Shown here: one piece after another, positions 46,508 to 53,971 of the stretch
Numbering within the stretch: the first letter of the stretch is position 1
Layout of the letters: every line of letters begins with the position of its first letter
Virus record (IMG/VR): IMGVR_UViG_3300036781_000119
Span: 7,315 to 71,314 of that record
Length of the DNA: 64,000 nt
Strand: one strand, 5' to 3'
Source of the DNA: a virus
The notes under the pieces: generated by a model
What the model was told of the DNA's origin: nothing
Database searches by the model: none
Seen by the model: the letters and a program-made list of their open reading frames with translations, nothing else
Position numbers and translations under genes: made by a program

Positions 46508-46535
46508 TTGAGAGGCGTGGACCAATTTGTATAAT
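46508..46535 (+). promoter_or_regulatory. Sigma70 promoter of the HNH gene
   Basis: TTGAGA(46508)-16 nt-TATAAT(46530). Confidence 0.6.
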
Positions 46536-46561
46536 GCCGACTTCAGCACAGGACGGCACGC

Positions 46562-47143
46562 GTGAAGGTCTGCAAGGACTGCCGGGAGACGAAAGAGGCG
46601 ACCCACTTTTCCTCGCACCCGTCCACCAAGGACAGGCTGGCAATCGCCTGCAAGCCATGCCAGCGCGCCCGCAGCGCGGCTTGGTATCAGAAGAACCGAG
46701 AGCGGGTTCTTGAGCGCACGGCGCAATGGGGTCGCGATAATATCGAAAAGCGGCGTGAAATCGGGCGAAAGAGCAACCGGGCTACAATTTCCACCAGAAG
46801 GGCTTGGTATACCGCGAACCCCGACAAGGTGCGCGCGATCGCCCGCGTGACGCGCGCCAAGAATATCGAAAAATGTCGCGCGCGGGTCCGCGTCAACACC
46901 AAGCGGTATCGGGCTCAGCGGCTGCGCAAGCCGGCCAGATGGGCGTGCCTGAAAGCTATCGCAGCGATATATGCGCAAGCCGCCGCCCGATCGCTTGAGA
47001 CGGGAATCCCCCACGACGTTGATCATATCGTCCCGGTGCGCGGCAAAGGCGTTTGCGGTCTGCACTGCGAAAGCAACCTCCAAATTCTTCCCGCTTCCGA
47101 AAATCGGGTTAAGGGCAACCGATTCTGGCCGGATATGTTTTAA
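46562..47143 (+). CDS. HNH homing endonuclease, antisense insertion
   Basis: CKDC...CKPC N-terminus; HDVDHIVP...VCGLHCESNLQIL...N..KGN. Confidence 0.9.
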   Translation: MKVCKDCRETKEATHFSSHPSTKDRLAIACKPCQRARSAAWYQKNRERVLERTAQWGRDNIEKRREIGRKSNRATISTRRAWYTANPDKVRAIARVTRAKNIEKCRARVRVNTKRYRAQRLRKPARWACLKAIAAIYAQAAARSLETGIPHDVDHIVPVRGKGVCGLHCESNLQILPASENRVKGNRFWPDMF

Positions 47144-47865
47144 GGCGGATACCTTTCGTCCACTTCGATCAGGCCAATCTCAACCGCACCAGCAAACTGC
47201 TGCGGCGCTGTCACGGTCAGGTTCGCTTGGAGCACCGCGTCGAGCGTCCAGCGGTTGTCCGTCTGATCCTCGCCCGTGCGGAAGCCCATCTGGTGCGGGT
47301 CGCTGGTGTAGAGCGGCACGACGCCCAGGCCATTCTGCGCCATCAGATCGCACCCGTAGGCGCTGCGCAGCACGGTGCTGATGCGCTGCGCGTAGTCGGG
47401 GCTTTCGGGGCCGTGCGCGTCCAGCTGGATCGTGACCTCGGTGGGCTGCATCATGGCCACGCCCCCGGCAAAGATCAGCCCTTGGGCCACCGTCTGCGCG
47501 GGCGCGATGCGGTAGAGCTCGGCGCCGGGCGGGCCGCCCAGGGCCGCCACGATGCTGCTGTAGGCCGCCACGCCGTCGCCGGCCAGCGCGGTGCCTGCCG
47601 ACACGGCGCCGTCCAGCACGGCCGTGACGGTCAGCACGTCGCCCGTAATCGAGCCCTCCAGCACCGCCTCGCCGTAGCGCGTGACGTTGGTCGCCAGCCG
47701 GATCCGGCTGATGGGGGTCATCACCACGTAGGTGGGGCCGACAGGCGAGGGGACGCGGTTCACCTGCCCCAGCACGATGCCCGCATTGGCGGGGAGGATT
47801 TGCCGCAGCGCGCCGCCGAGCGTGGCGATGATCGCGCTTTCGGTGATGTCCAGCGCCGTTGCCAT
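47140..47865 (-). CDS. Tail terminator/neck protein with inserted beta domain
   Basis: GQVNRVP..RLATN; IQLDAHG; PLYTSDP..RWTLDAVLQAN. Confidence 0.82.
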   Translation of the reverse strand: MATALDITESAIIATLGGALRQILPANAGIVLGQVNRVPSPVGPTYVVMTPISRIRLATNVTRYGEAVLEGSITGDVLTVTAVLDGAVSAGTALAGDGVAAYSSIVAALGGPPGAELYRIAPAQTVAQGLIFAGGVAMMQPTEVTIQLDAHGPESPDYAQRISTVLRSAYGCDLMAQNGLGVVPLYTSDPHQMGFRTGEDQTDNRWTLDAVLQANLTVTAPQQFAGAVEIGLIEVDERYPP

Positions 47866-48299
47866 CAGGGCGTGCCCAGGATGAAAAAGCCCTCGTCAAC
47901 GGGCAGCACAGCCTGGGCCATCTGCTGGGTGACAGCGATCTTGGACCACGCCTCGGGCGTGCCGATGCGCCAGCTCTCCAGCGCGTGCACCACCAGCCAG
48001 AAGTTGCCTTCGGGGTCGATGACGAGATCTCCGCCGCGCTGGTCGGGGCGGATCACGCCGGCCCAGTAGCCGTTCAGGTAGATCGCGCGCCGCACGCCCT
48101 GGATGTTCAGGCTGTCGAGCATTTTCAGTTCGTCATAGGTCAGGCTTTGGATTTGGCACGGCATCACCTCGGGCGTGCCGTAGCGCGGCACCGGGGTGAA
48201 ATCGTCGCGCACATAGACGCCCGCCGACCGCTGAAGCATGCACTCCACCGGCGGGTTGACGGTGCCGATCGCGCCCTGAACGATTTGGTGCAGGTTCAC
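47865..48299 (-). CDS. Head closure protein
   Basis: MNLHQIVQGAIGTVNP...GGDL...WLVVHALESW. Confidence 0.82.
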   Translation of the reverse strand: MNLHQIVQGAIGTVNPPVECMLQRSAGVYVRDDFTPVPRYGTPEVMPCQIQSLTYDELKMLDSLNIQGVRRAIYLNGYWAGVIRPDQRGGDLVIDPEGNFWLVVHALESWRIGTPEAWSKIAVTQQMAQAVLPVDEGFFILGTP

Positions 48300-48302
48300 G
48301 GA

Positions 48303-48863
48303 TCAGCTGACTTGGTAATCGACGCGATTGGCCATCTGCCCGCTCCATACCAGCGGCTTGGTAGAGGCATCGCCGGGGCTTTCGCCCTTCGCCACCCGGC
48401 GCCGAGCCTCCAGCACCATGTCGAAGGTGACAGGCGCGTCCACCTTGCCCTTGCGCATGTGGCGCAGCATCACGGTGACCGGGGACAGCTTGGGCGCTTG
48501 CAGGGCGAAGATCGACGCCTGAACCTGATTCTGGATGTTATATCCGACCTGGGCCAGCGCCATCTTGGCGTCGAAATTCGTATTGACCAGGGCGGTGGCC
48601 ATGTTGTCGCCCCACTCGCCCTTGTGCTTGGCGATGGCCTGCCGAAAGAACGGCCGGGGCGGGATGCCCTTCGCCGGCGCGCCGAATTCCTGGATGGCGG
48701 CCACCATGGGGATGGACGCTCCGCCCGGATATTTCGCGTTTTCGATGAAGCCGACCTGGACGGACTTGGCGTTGGTGATGCGCGCCTGGAGCTCCGTCAG
48801 GTGCGCCACCATCGCTTCGCCACCGGTGAGGGCCGTCGTTCGGTCGATGGTCGCTTCAGCCAT
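48303..48863 (-). CDS. Neck/tail completion protein (HK97 gp10-like)
   Basis: VGFIENAKYP..VAAIQEFG...IPPRPFFR...KPLVWSG. Confidence 0.85.
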   Translation of the reverse strand: MAEATIDRTTALTGGEAMVAHLTELQARITNAKSVQVGFIENAKYPGGASIPMVAAIQEFGAPAKGIPPRPFFRQAIAKHKGEWGDNMATALVNTNFDAKMALAQVGYNIQNQVQASIFALQAPKLSPVTVMLRHMRKGKVDAPVTFDMVLEARRRVAKGESPGDASTKPLVWSGQMANRVDYQVS

Positions 48864-49179
48864 CGGATACGGTTTCCGGTAGATCCATCAGCTTGTCCGC
48901 GATGTAGGTGGACAGGATGGCCGCAGCCGCTTGCAACACTTCCTTGGGCCATTTGCCCGCCATGGTGGCCGCTTGGATGCGCTCGATGCTTCCCCAGCCT
49001 TCAGGAACCGCCGTCAGGTCGGCGCCCATCGCCACCACCGCCTTCATCGCGGCCCGCGCGGCGCGCAGCTTCGCCACGCCATCATCGCCCAGGTCGATGA
49101 TGTGCTGCTGGAGGCCGAAGACTTCCTCTTTCGTGTCCATGCGCTCAAGGCGGAATACCAGCTTGAAACGGTCAGCCAT
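48856..49179 (-). CDS. Hypothetical protein inserted in the neck module
   Basis: Has its own AAAGGA SD. Confidence 0.65.
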   Translation of the reverse strand: MADRFKLVFRLERMDTKEEVFGLQQHIIDLGDDGVAKLRAARAAMKAVVAMGADLTAVPEGWGSIERIQAATMAGKWPKEVLQAAAAILSTYIADKLMDLPETVSDG

Positions 49180-49200
49180 GGTGGGTGTCCTTTGCTCGCA

Positions 49201-49650
49201 CTACCAGCGGCCCCCGCCCCAGGGTCCGAAGCCGTAGCCGTAGCCGCGCCGGAATGGCGGGAACACGCGGGGCGGGGCGGCTACGTATTGAAAGGTCCGG
49301 TATTGCGCCGTCGCCTGCCAGTAGAGCGCGCCGTAGGGGGTCTGGAGGAACCAGCTGGCCGCCTCGGGCGCGGCATAGTCGGAGGATACCGTCACGCTGC
49401 CCTGGGTGGCGCTGCTGATGCGGCCGACCAGCCCGCCGGATGCGCCGGCCTGAAACAGCGTGCCGATGTGGGCGGTCAGGAGGTTGAGCAGGAAGGTGCG
49501 CTCAGGGATCGCCTGCACCCAACTGACATCGGTGTTGTTGAGGATTACCTCGGCGCCCTTGAACCACTCGCCAGCCACGACCGGCCCCTGGGCAGCAAGC
49601 TGCGGGTAGACCAGCGCCCAGGTCGCAAAGTCGAATACGACAACGGCCAT
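49201..49650 (-). CDS. Head-tail adaptor (DUF4054-like)
   Basis: LLTAHI...GRISSATQGSVTVS...WFLQTPYGALYW. Confidence 0.88.
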   Translation of the reverse strand: MAVVVFDFATWALVYPQLAAQGPVVAGEWFKGAEVILNNTDVSWVQAIPERTFLLNLLTAHIGTLFQAGASGGLVGRISSATQGSVTVSSDYAAPEAASWFLQTPYGALYWQATAQYRTFQYVAAPPRVFPPFRRGYGYGFGPWGGGRW

Positions 49651-49665
49651 CCCACCCCGCCCAGC

Positions 49666-50223
49666 CTATGCGGCCGCAGTGTCGCGCACGAGGCCGTATT
49701 TCTTGCCCTCAGCATCAGCGTCAAGCCGCTCATGGCCCGACAGCCGCTCCACGTTCGCCGCCGCCGCGTCGATCACGCGCTGCTTGTTCTCGTGCGCAAA
49801 GATCAGGCCAGCCTTGATCGGCCCCCATTCGGCATAGTCGCGCGTGAACTTGTCCCAAAAGGCTTTCGACACGCCTTCGGTCAGCGCGTAGCCGCCCGAC
49901 ATCTGCGCGCGCGGCGCCTCATTCATCGCGAGGCCACACCCCTTGATGAACACTTCCTTGCCGTTCTGCCGGGCCACCTTGACCAGCCGCGTGCCGCCGC
50001 CCATCACCGGCTCGTATTCGTCAGCCCAGTCGTAGTCCATCAGGCGAAAGCCCGCCGGGTGCTTGCAGGCGACGGTGACGGTCGCTTCGCCGGTGACCGG
50101 CTTGGCCAGCAGGTGCGCCAGCGCGCCCTTGACCAGCGCCGGCCGCTTCTGCCCGGCGGTCGGGGGCGTGGGAAGCCCCCCGACAACCGGGGCTTCGCTC
50201 TCGTCAGTCGGTGACTTGGCCAT
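49666..50223 (-). CDS. Conserved head-module protein
   Basis: TVACKHPAGF...GYALTEGVSKAFW...GLIFA. Confidence 0.75.
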   Translation of the reverse strand: MAKSPTDESEAPVVGGLPTPPTAGQKRPALVKGALAHLLAKPVTGEATVTVACKHPAGFRLMDYDWADEYEPVMGGGTRLVKVARQNGKEVFIKGCGLAMNEAPRAQMSGGYALTEGVSKAFWDKFTRDYAEWGPIKAGLIFAHENKQRVIDAAAANVERLSGHERLDADAEGKKYGLVRDTAAA

Positions 50224-50226
50224 GGA

Positions 50227-51339
50227 TCAGATACCCACCATCGACGCCACGGCATAGGGCTGCATGTAGACCGCGCCCCAGGTGCCTTGGCTGAACTTCT
50301 GCTCATAGCAGGAGAGTCCCGACACGAGCCGGCCGACGCGCAGCTTGGCATTGTAGGCCAGGATGCCCGTCTTCTGCCCGGCCACGTTGTCGGCGAACAG
50401 CTGCATGAAGTTCCCGCCCACGTAGCCGTAGCCGTTCGCCGCCGACTGCGCGCCATACTGCGGCGCGGTGACGATCTTCAGGTTGGGGAAGTTCTCCTTC
50501 AGCAGCGCCTTGACGGTCACGCCATAGATATTGGCGAACAGCAGGGCGACCGACATATTGCTGGAGAGGGCCAGCGTCATCGGCGACTGCATGTCGATGG
50601 TCGAGCCCGACTGCGCCACCAGGATGCCGATCAGCACCATGATGTCGTTATAGACCTCATTCGGGGTCGCGTTCGGCGCGCCGCCGGCGGTGAACCACGT
50701 CACGCCGCCGGCCACCTTGGGGGTGGGGGCGACGGCGGCGGACAGGCCGGGATCGTTGAAGATGCCGTAGTTGGCCAGTCCCGCGATGCCGAAGAAATAG
50801 GCGTTGTTCTGGAAGATGTTCAGCCGCGAGACGGCCGAGCCCTTCTGTTCCGACGCCCAGTTGAGCTTGGCATTGCCGGCCCGCTCCGCCTCCAGGTCGC
50901 CGTATTTGACGATCGCCTGATAGCGGTATGCCTGCCGCTGGGGCCAGTTCGCGTTGACGTTGACCATTCCGTTGTTCGAATAGTCGCCGTAGCTCGACAC
51001 CTCGCCGACGTATTCGATGACGTTGAACATCACCGTGTCGTCGGTCCAGGAACCGCGCGCTTCCTCGCCGAAGATCTCCGCCGCGTTCAGCGGCTGGAAA
51101 ACGATCCGCACTACCTTTGGGTCGATGACCGTGGTCAGGTAGCTGGGGAAGCCGGCGTTGGGCGCGGTGATCAGCTGCGGCTGCGCATCCATCGCCAGCG
51201 CGAAGTTACGCTCCGTGCCGTCGATCAGGTAGCTGTCGGCATGCTCGCCGAAGTCCACGCCGCGCGCGGCAAACATGCCCTGATGCGCGCGGAATAGATC
51301 GCGCGCCTGGGCGGCATTCGTGATCCGAATCGGGTCCAT
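50227..51339 (-). CDS. Major capsid protein (DUF2184-like)
   Basis: AGGAG SD; LAMDAQP, GEVSSYGDYSNNG, YFFGIAGLANYGIFNDP, GTWGAV. Confidence 0.92.
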   Translation of the reverse strand: MDPIRITNAAQARDLFRAHQGMFAARGVDFGEHADSYLIDGTERNFALAMDAQPQLITAPNAGFPSYLTTVIDPKVVRIVFQPLNAAEIFGEEARGSWTDDTVMFNVIEYVGEVSSYGDYSNNGMVNVNANWPQRQAYRYQAIVKYGDLEAERAGNAKLNWASEQKGSAVSRLNIFQNNAYFFGIAGLANYGIFNDPGLSAAVAPTPKVAGGVTWFTAGGAPNATPNEVYNDIMVLIGILVAQSGSTIDMQSPMTLALSSNMSVALLFANIYGVTVKALLKENFPNLKIVTAPQYGAQSAANGYGYVGGNFMQLFADNVAGQKTGILAYNAKLRVGRLVSGLSCYEQKFSQGTWGAVYMQPYAVASMVGI

Positions 51340-51350
51340 GATTTCGCTCC

Positions 51351-52283
51351 TTAACCGTTCGGATGATCCGACATCTTGATGAGTTCGTTTGGACCGCCCG
51401 CGCTCATGGCGATCCACTTGGTTTCGATGTTCCCGGTGGCGCTGATCGTCGTGCTGCTGGCGGTCTGCGTCGGGGTGACGGTGTAGGTGCCCAGGCCGCC
51501 CACCGTGTTGGCGCCCAGCTGGGTGATGCGGGTGCCGGCGGTGACGCCCGAGCCCGACAGCACATCGCCGACGCCGAAGGTGCCGGTCAGCGCGCTGGCG
51601 GCGGTGAAGATGCCGTAGGTTTCGCTGATCGTGGTGCTGGCGACCGTCTGGCTGCCCGGGGTGACGCGATACGTGCCGACGCCGCCCGTGGTGCCGGTCA
51701 GCTGGCCCAGCACCTGGGTGCCGCTGACCACGTTGGTGCCCGACAGGATGCCGCCCGGCACGACGACGCCAGAGCCCACCGCCGTGATGGTCATGATGTC
51801 GTCGGCAATCGAGCCGGTGAAGCTGCCGGTGGCGGCCGCAATCGAGCCGGTGGCCGAAGCCGCCGTAGTGGGCGACGTGCCGGCAGCGGCGAAGCTGATC
51901 GTGCCGTTGTTCAGGTTCGCGAATGCCTTCATGCCGATGGTGACGGCGGCGGCCCCAGTGTTCCGCACCCAAAAATCGCCGCCGTTCATTGCGGTGACTT
52001 CGAAGCCGGCCGGGATCAGCATGGTGGACTGGGCGAGGTAGATCGTCAGCTTCGCCTGACCCTCGCGATGGATGAAGCCCAGCGGCACGCCCGTGCCGAA
52101 GTTGTTCACCGCGTTGGGGTTGGCCGGGTCGCGCCACACGAAGCGGGCGACGGTGACGCCAGCGGCGCCAGCGATCAGCGCACCCACGCCCGCATCGACG
52201 CTGAAGATCGGGTTGGCGCTGGCGAAGTCGCCGTCCACCGCCGGGGCGGGAGCGGCGTAGACCTGGGACTGGAAGCCGGACAC
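51351..52283 (-). CDS. Head decoration/cement protein with inserted beta domains
   Basis: GFQSQV...GDFASANP...GFIHREGQ...GDFW; between the protease and capsid genes. Confidence 0.85.
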   Translation of the reverse strand: MSGFQSQVYAAPAPAVDGDFASANPIFSVDAGVGALIAGAAGVTVARFVWRDPANPNAVNNFGTGVPLGFIHREGQAKLTIYLAQSTMLIPAGFEVTAMNGGDFWVRNTGAAAVTIGMKAFANLNNGTISFAAAGTSPTTAASATGSIAAATGSFTGSIADDIMTITAVGSGVVVPGGILSGTNVVSGTQVLGQLTGTTGGVGTYRVTPGSQTVASTTISETYGIFTAASALTGTFGVGDVLSGSGVTAGTRITQLGANTVGGLGTYTVTPTQTASSTTISATGNIETKWIAMSAGGPNELIKMSDHPNG

Positions 52284-52295
52284 TGGCGTGACTCC

Positions 52296-53786
52296 TTAGT
52301 TCGCCACGCCGAAGCGGGCGGCGCTGGGGAACATCTGATCGAACGTGCTGATGCCGGCCGCATCCATGGCGATCGGCTGGGCCGTGCGCTGGTTCGGCTT
52401 GGGCAGCGCCGCCAGCAGGGCCGGGAAGCCCTCGGGCGGCACCTTGGACACGTCCACGCCGCGCGCCTTGAAGGCGAAGCGGTAGACCGCCTCGGCGCTG
52501 TCCATGGCAAGGTGGTCCATGTTCAGGTCGCCGATGTGCGGGCGCACGGCAATTTCCGCCTCGCGCAGCGCCTTGGCCTGGGCCTTGATCTTGGTTTCGC
52601 TCGCCGCGACGCGCGCAGCGATCGCCGCGTCCATCGCGCCCTTGGTCATCATGGTGGTCTTGTCCTTGGCGAAGGGGGGGGCCTTCTTGCCCTTGCCGTC
52701 CTTGCCGTCCTTGTCGGCATCGGTATCGGCATCCTCGGCGGGGTCGGCCGGGTCCGCCTCGGGCTGGAGCATCGCCTCGACAGCCGCCACGTCGTCGTCG
52801 CTCAGCTTGGTGCGCAGGAATTCCAGCACCTTGGCCATCGGGTCGGCGTCATCGGTGGTTTCTTCCTCGACCGTCTCCGCAACCGGATTCGGATCGACGC
52901 CCTCCTGCATGTCGTCTTCCACCTTGTCCACGACACCTTCCAGGTTGTCGAGCATGGTGGCCACGTCCTCGATGGTGGCGTCCTGGGCCAGCTTACCCTC
53001 GACCGCCTTGCCTAGCGCGACCATCAGTGCCGGGCGCTTGGCCTTCCAATCGGCGGCGGTCTTGATGCCCGCGAACAGGGGGCGAAGATCGACCTTCGCA
53101 TCCTGGGCCAGCTTGGGGCGGATGGCAGCTCCGATCGCGGTTGCCAGGACGAGCGCGCGCCGGTTGAGCCGGGGCACGGGAGGCTTTTTCGCCATGTCGA
53201 ATTCCTTATCTTGTGGCAGCGCGGCATCGCCCACCACTACATCTGCACCAGCACGGCCTTGCTCTACAAGGGCAACGTGGTTCCCCCGGATGTTGCGCAT
53301 CACCCCGTCATAGGCCGCGCCCTCGTATTCGCCGGGGGTCATGTCCGCGTCATACCGATAGGCGGATGACAATTCCCGCTGTTGCCCGCTTTCGATTCTG
53401 CGGATTGCGTCGCCTTCCCAAACAACCAGCGAATTGCCGAGGAAGGGGTGGGAAAATTTTGCGTCGGTGCCGGTGCTGCCCACCACCAGATCGGGCTGGT
53501 GATCGTCCACGGTGACCGGGACGTGCTTGCTGAGGATCGGCAGATTGTTGAAGCTGGCCGCGCCCTTGGCGAGTTCATCCGGGTGGCGGAGCAGGTGGTA
53601 GACCTGATCAGCCTTCAGCCCGAGCCGTTCCCAGTCGGGGATTTCCTCGCCGCGATAGGGGCAGATATTGGCCTTGCTGATATTCGCCACCTTGACGTGC
53701 AGGCGGCCATCCTCGTCGGTGCTGCGCACGCTGTCGCGGTCCATGGCCAGCACGTCGGGCCGGCGGCGGGGGGCTTCAATCAGCAT
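52296..53786 (-). CDS. Prohead protease/scaffold (DUF2213-like)
   Basis: ISKANICPYRGEEIP, RELSSAY, NHVALVEQGRAG; acidic scaffold-like C-terminus. Confidence 0.92.
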   Translation of the reverse strand: MLIEAPRRRPDVLAMDRDSVRSTDEDGRLHVKVANISKANICPYRGEEIPDWERLGLKADQVYHLLRHPDELAKGAASFNNLPILSKHVPVTVDDHQPDLVVGSTGTDAKFSHPFLGNSLVVWEGDAIRRIESGQQRELSSAYRYDADMTPGEYEGAAYDGVMRNIRGNHVALVEQGRAGADVVVGDAALPQDKEFDMAKKPPVPRLNRRALVLATAIGAAIRPKLAQDAKVDLRPLFAGIKTAADWKAKRPALMVALGKAVEGKLAQDATIEDVATMLDNLEGVVDKVEDDMQEGVDPNPVAETVEEETTDDADPMAKVLEFLRTKLSDDDVAAVEAMLQPEADPADPAEDADTDADKDGKDGKGKKAPPFAKDKTTMMTKGAMDAAIAARVAASETKIKAQAKALREAEIAVRPHIGDLNMDHLAMDSAEAVYRFAFKARGVDVSKVPPEGFPALLAALPKPNQRTAQPIAMDAAGISTFDQMFPSAARFGVAN

Positions 53787-53893
53787 GCGGGATGCAGTTT
53801 CCGATCGGCACCGGGGGATTTAGACCGATTTCAGGTGCGGCGACAACAATTCCACGTCGCGCGGTTTAATTGCGCCGGTTCGTGATTAATAAC

Positions 53894-53944
53894 TTGCGCG
53901 CCGGATAATTCATGCATAATGTGCCTTACCGGCAGAGAAGCCGG
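53894..53944 (+). promoter_or_regulatory. Sigma70-type early promoter with operator and 5' hairpin
   Basis: TTGCGC(53894)-17 nt-TAATGT(53917); TCATGCATAA at 53910-53919; CCGGC/GCCGG stem at 53929-53944. Confidence 0.72.
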
Positions 53945-53971
53945 GCAGCAGCAAGCAGGAGACACCCCACG

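Noticed and set aside
31950-51830. Diversity-generating retroelement suggested by repeated segments in tail genes
   Set aside because: No reverse transcriptase; copies differ at all base types and are all in-frame coding domains
50227-52137. 636-aa capsid ORF as given in the track, suggesting a decoration-capsid fusion
   Set aside because: The upstream part is an off-frame overlap of the decoration gene; a strong AGGAG SD supports the start at 51339
53860-53895. Possible CtrA box (TTAA-N7-TTAA)
   Set aside because: The two TTAA half-sites are 16 nt apart, not 7
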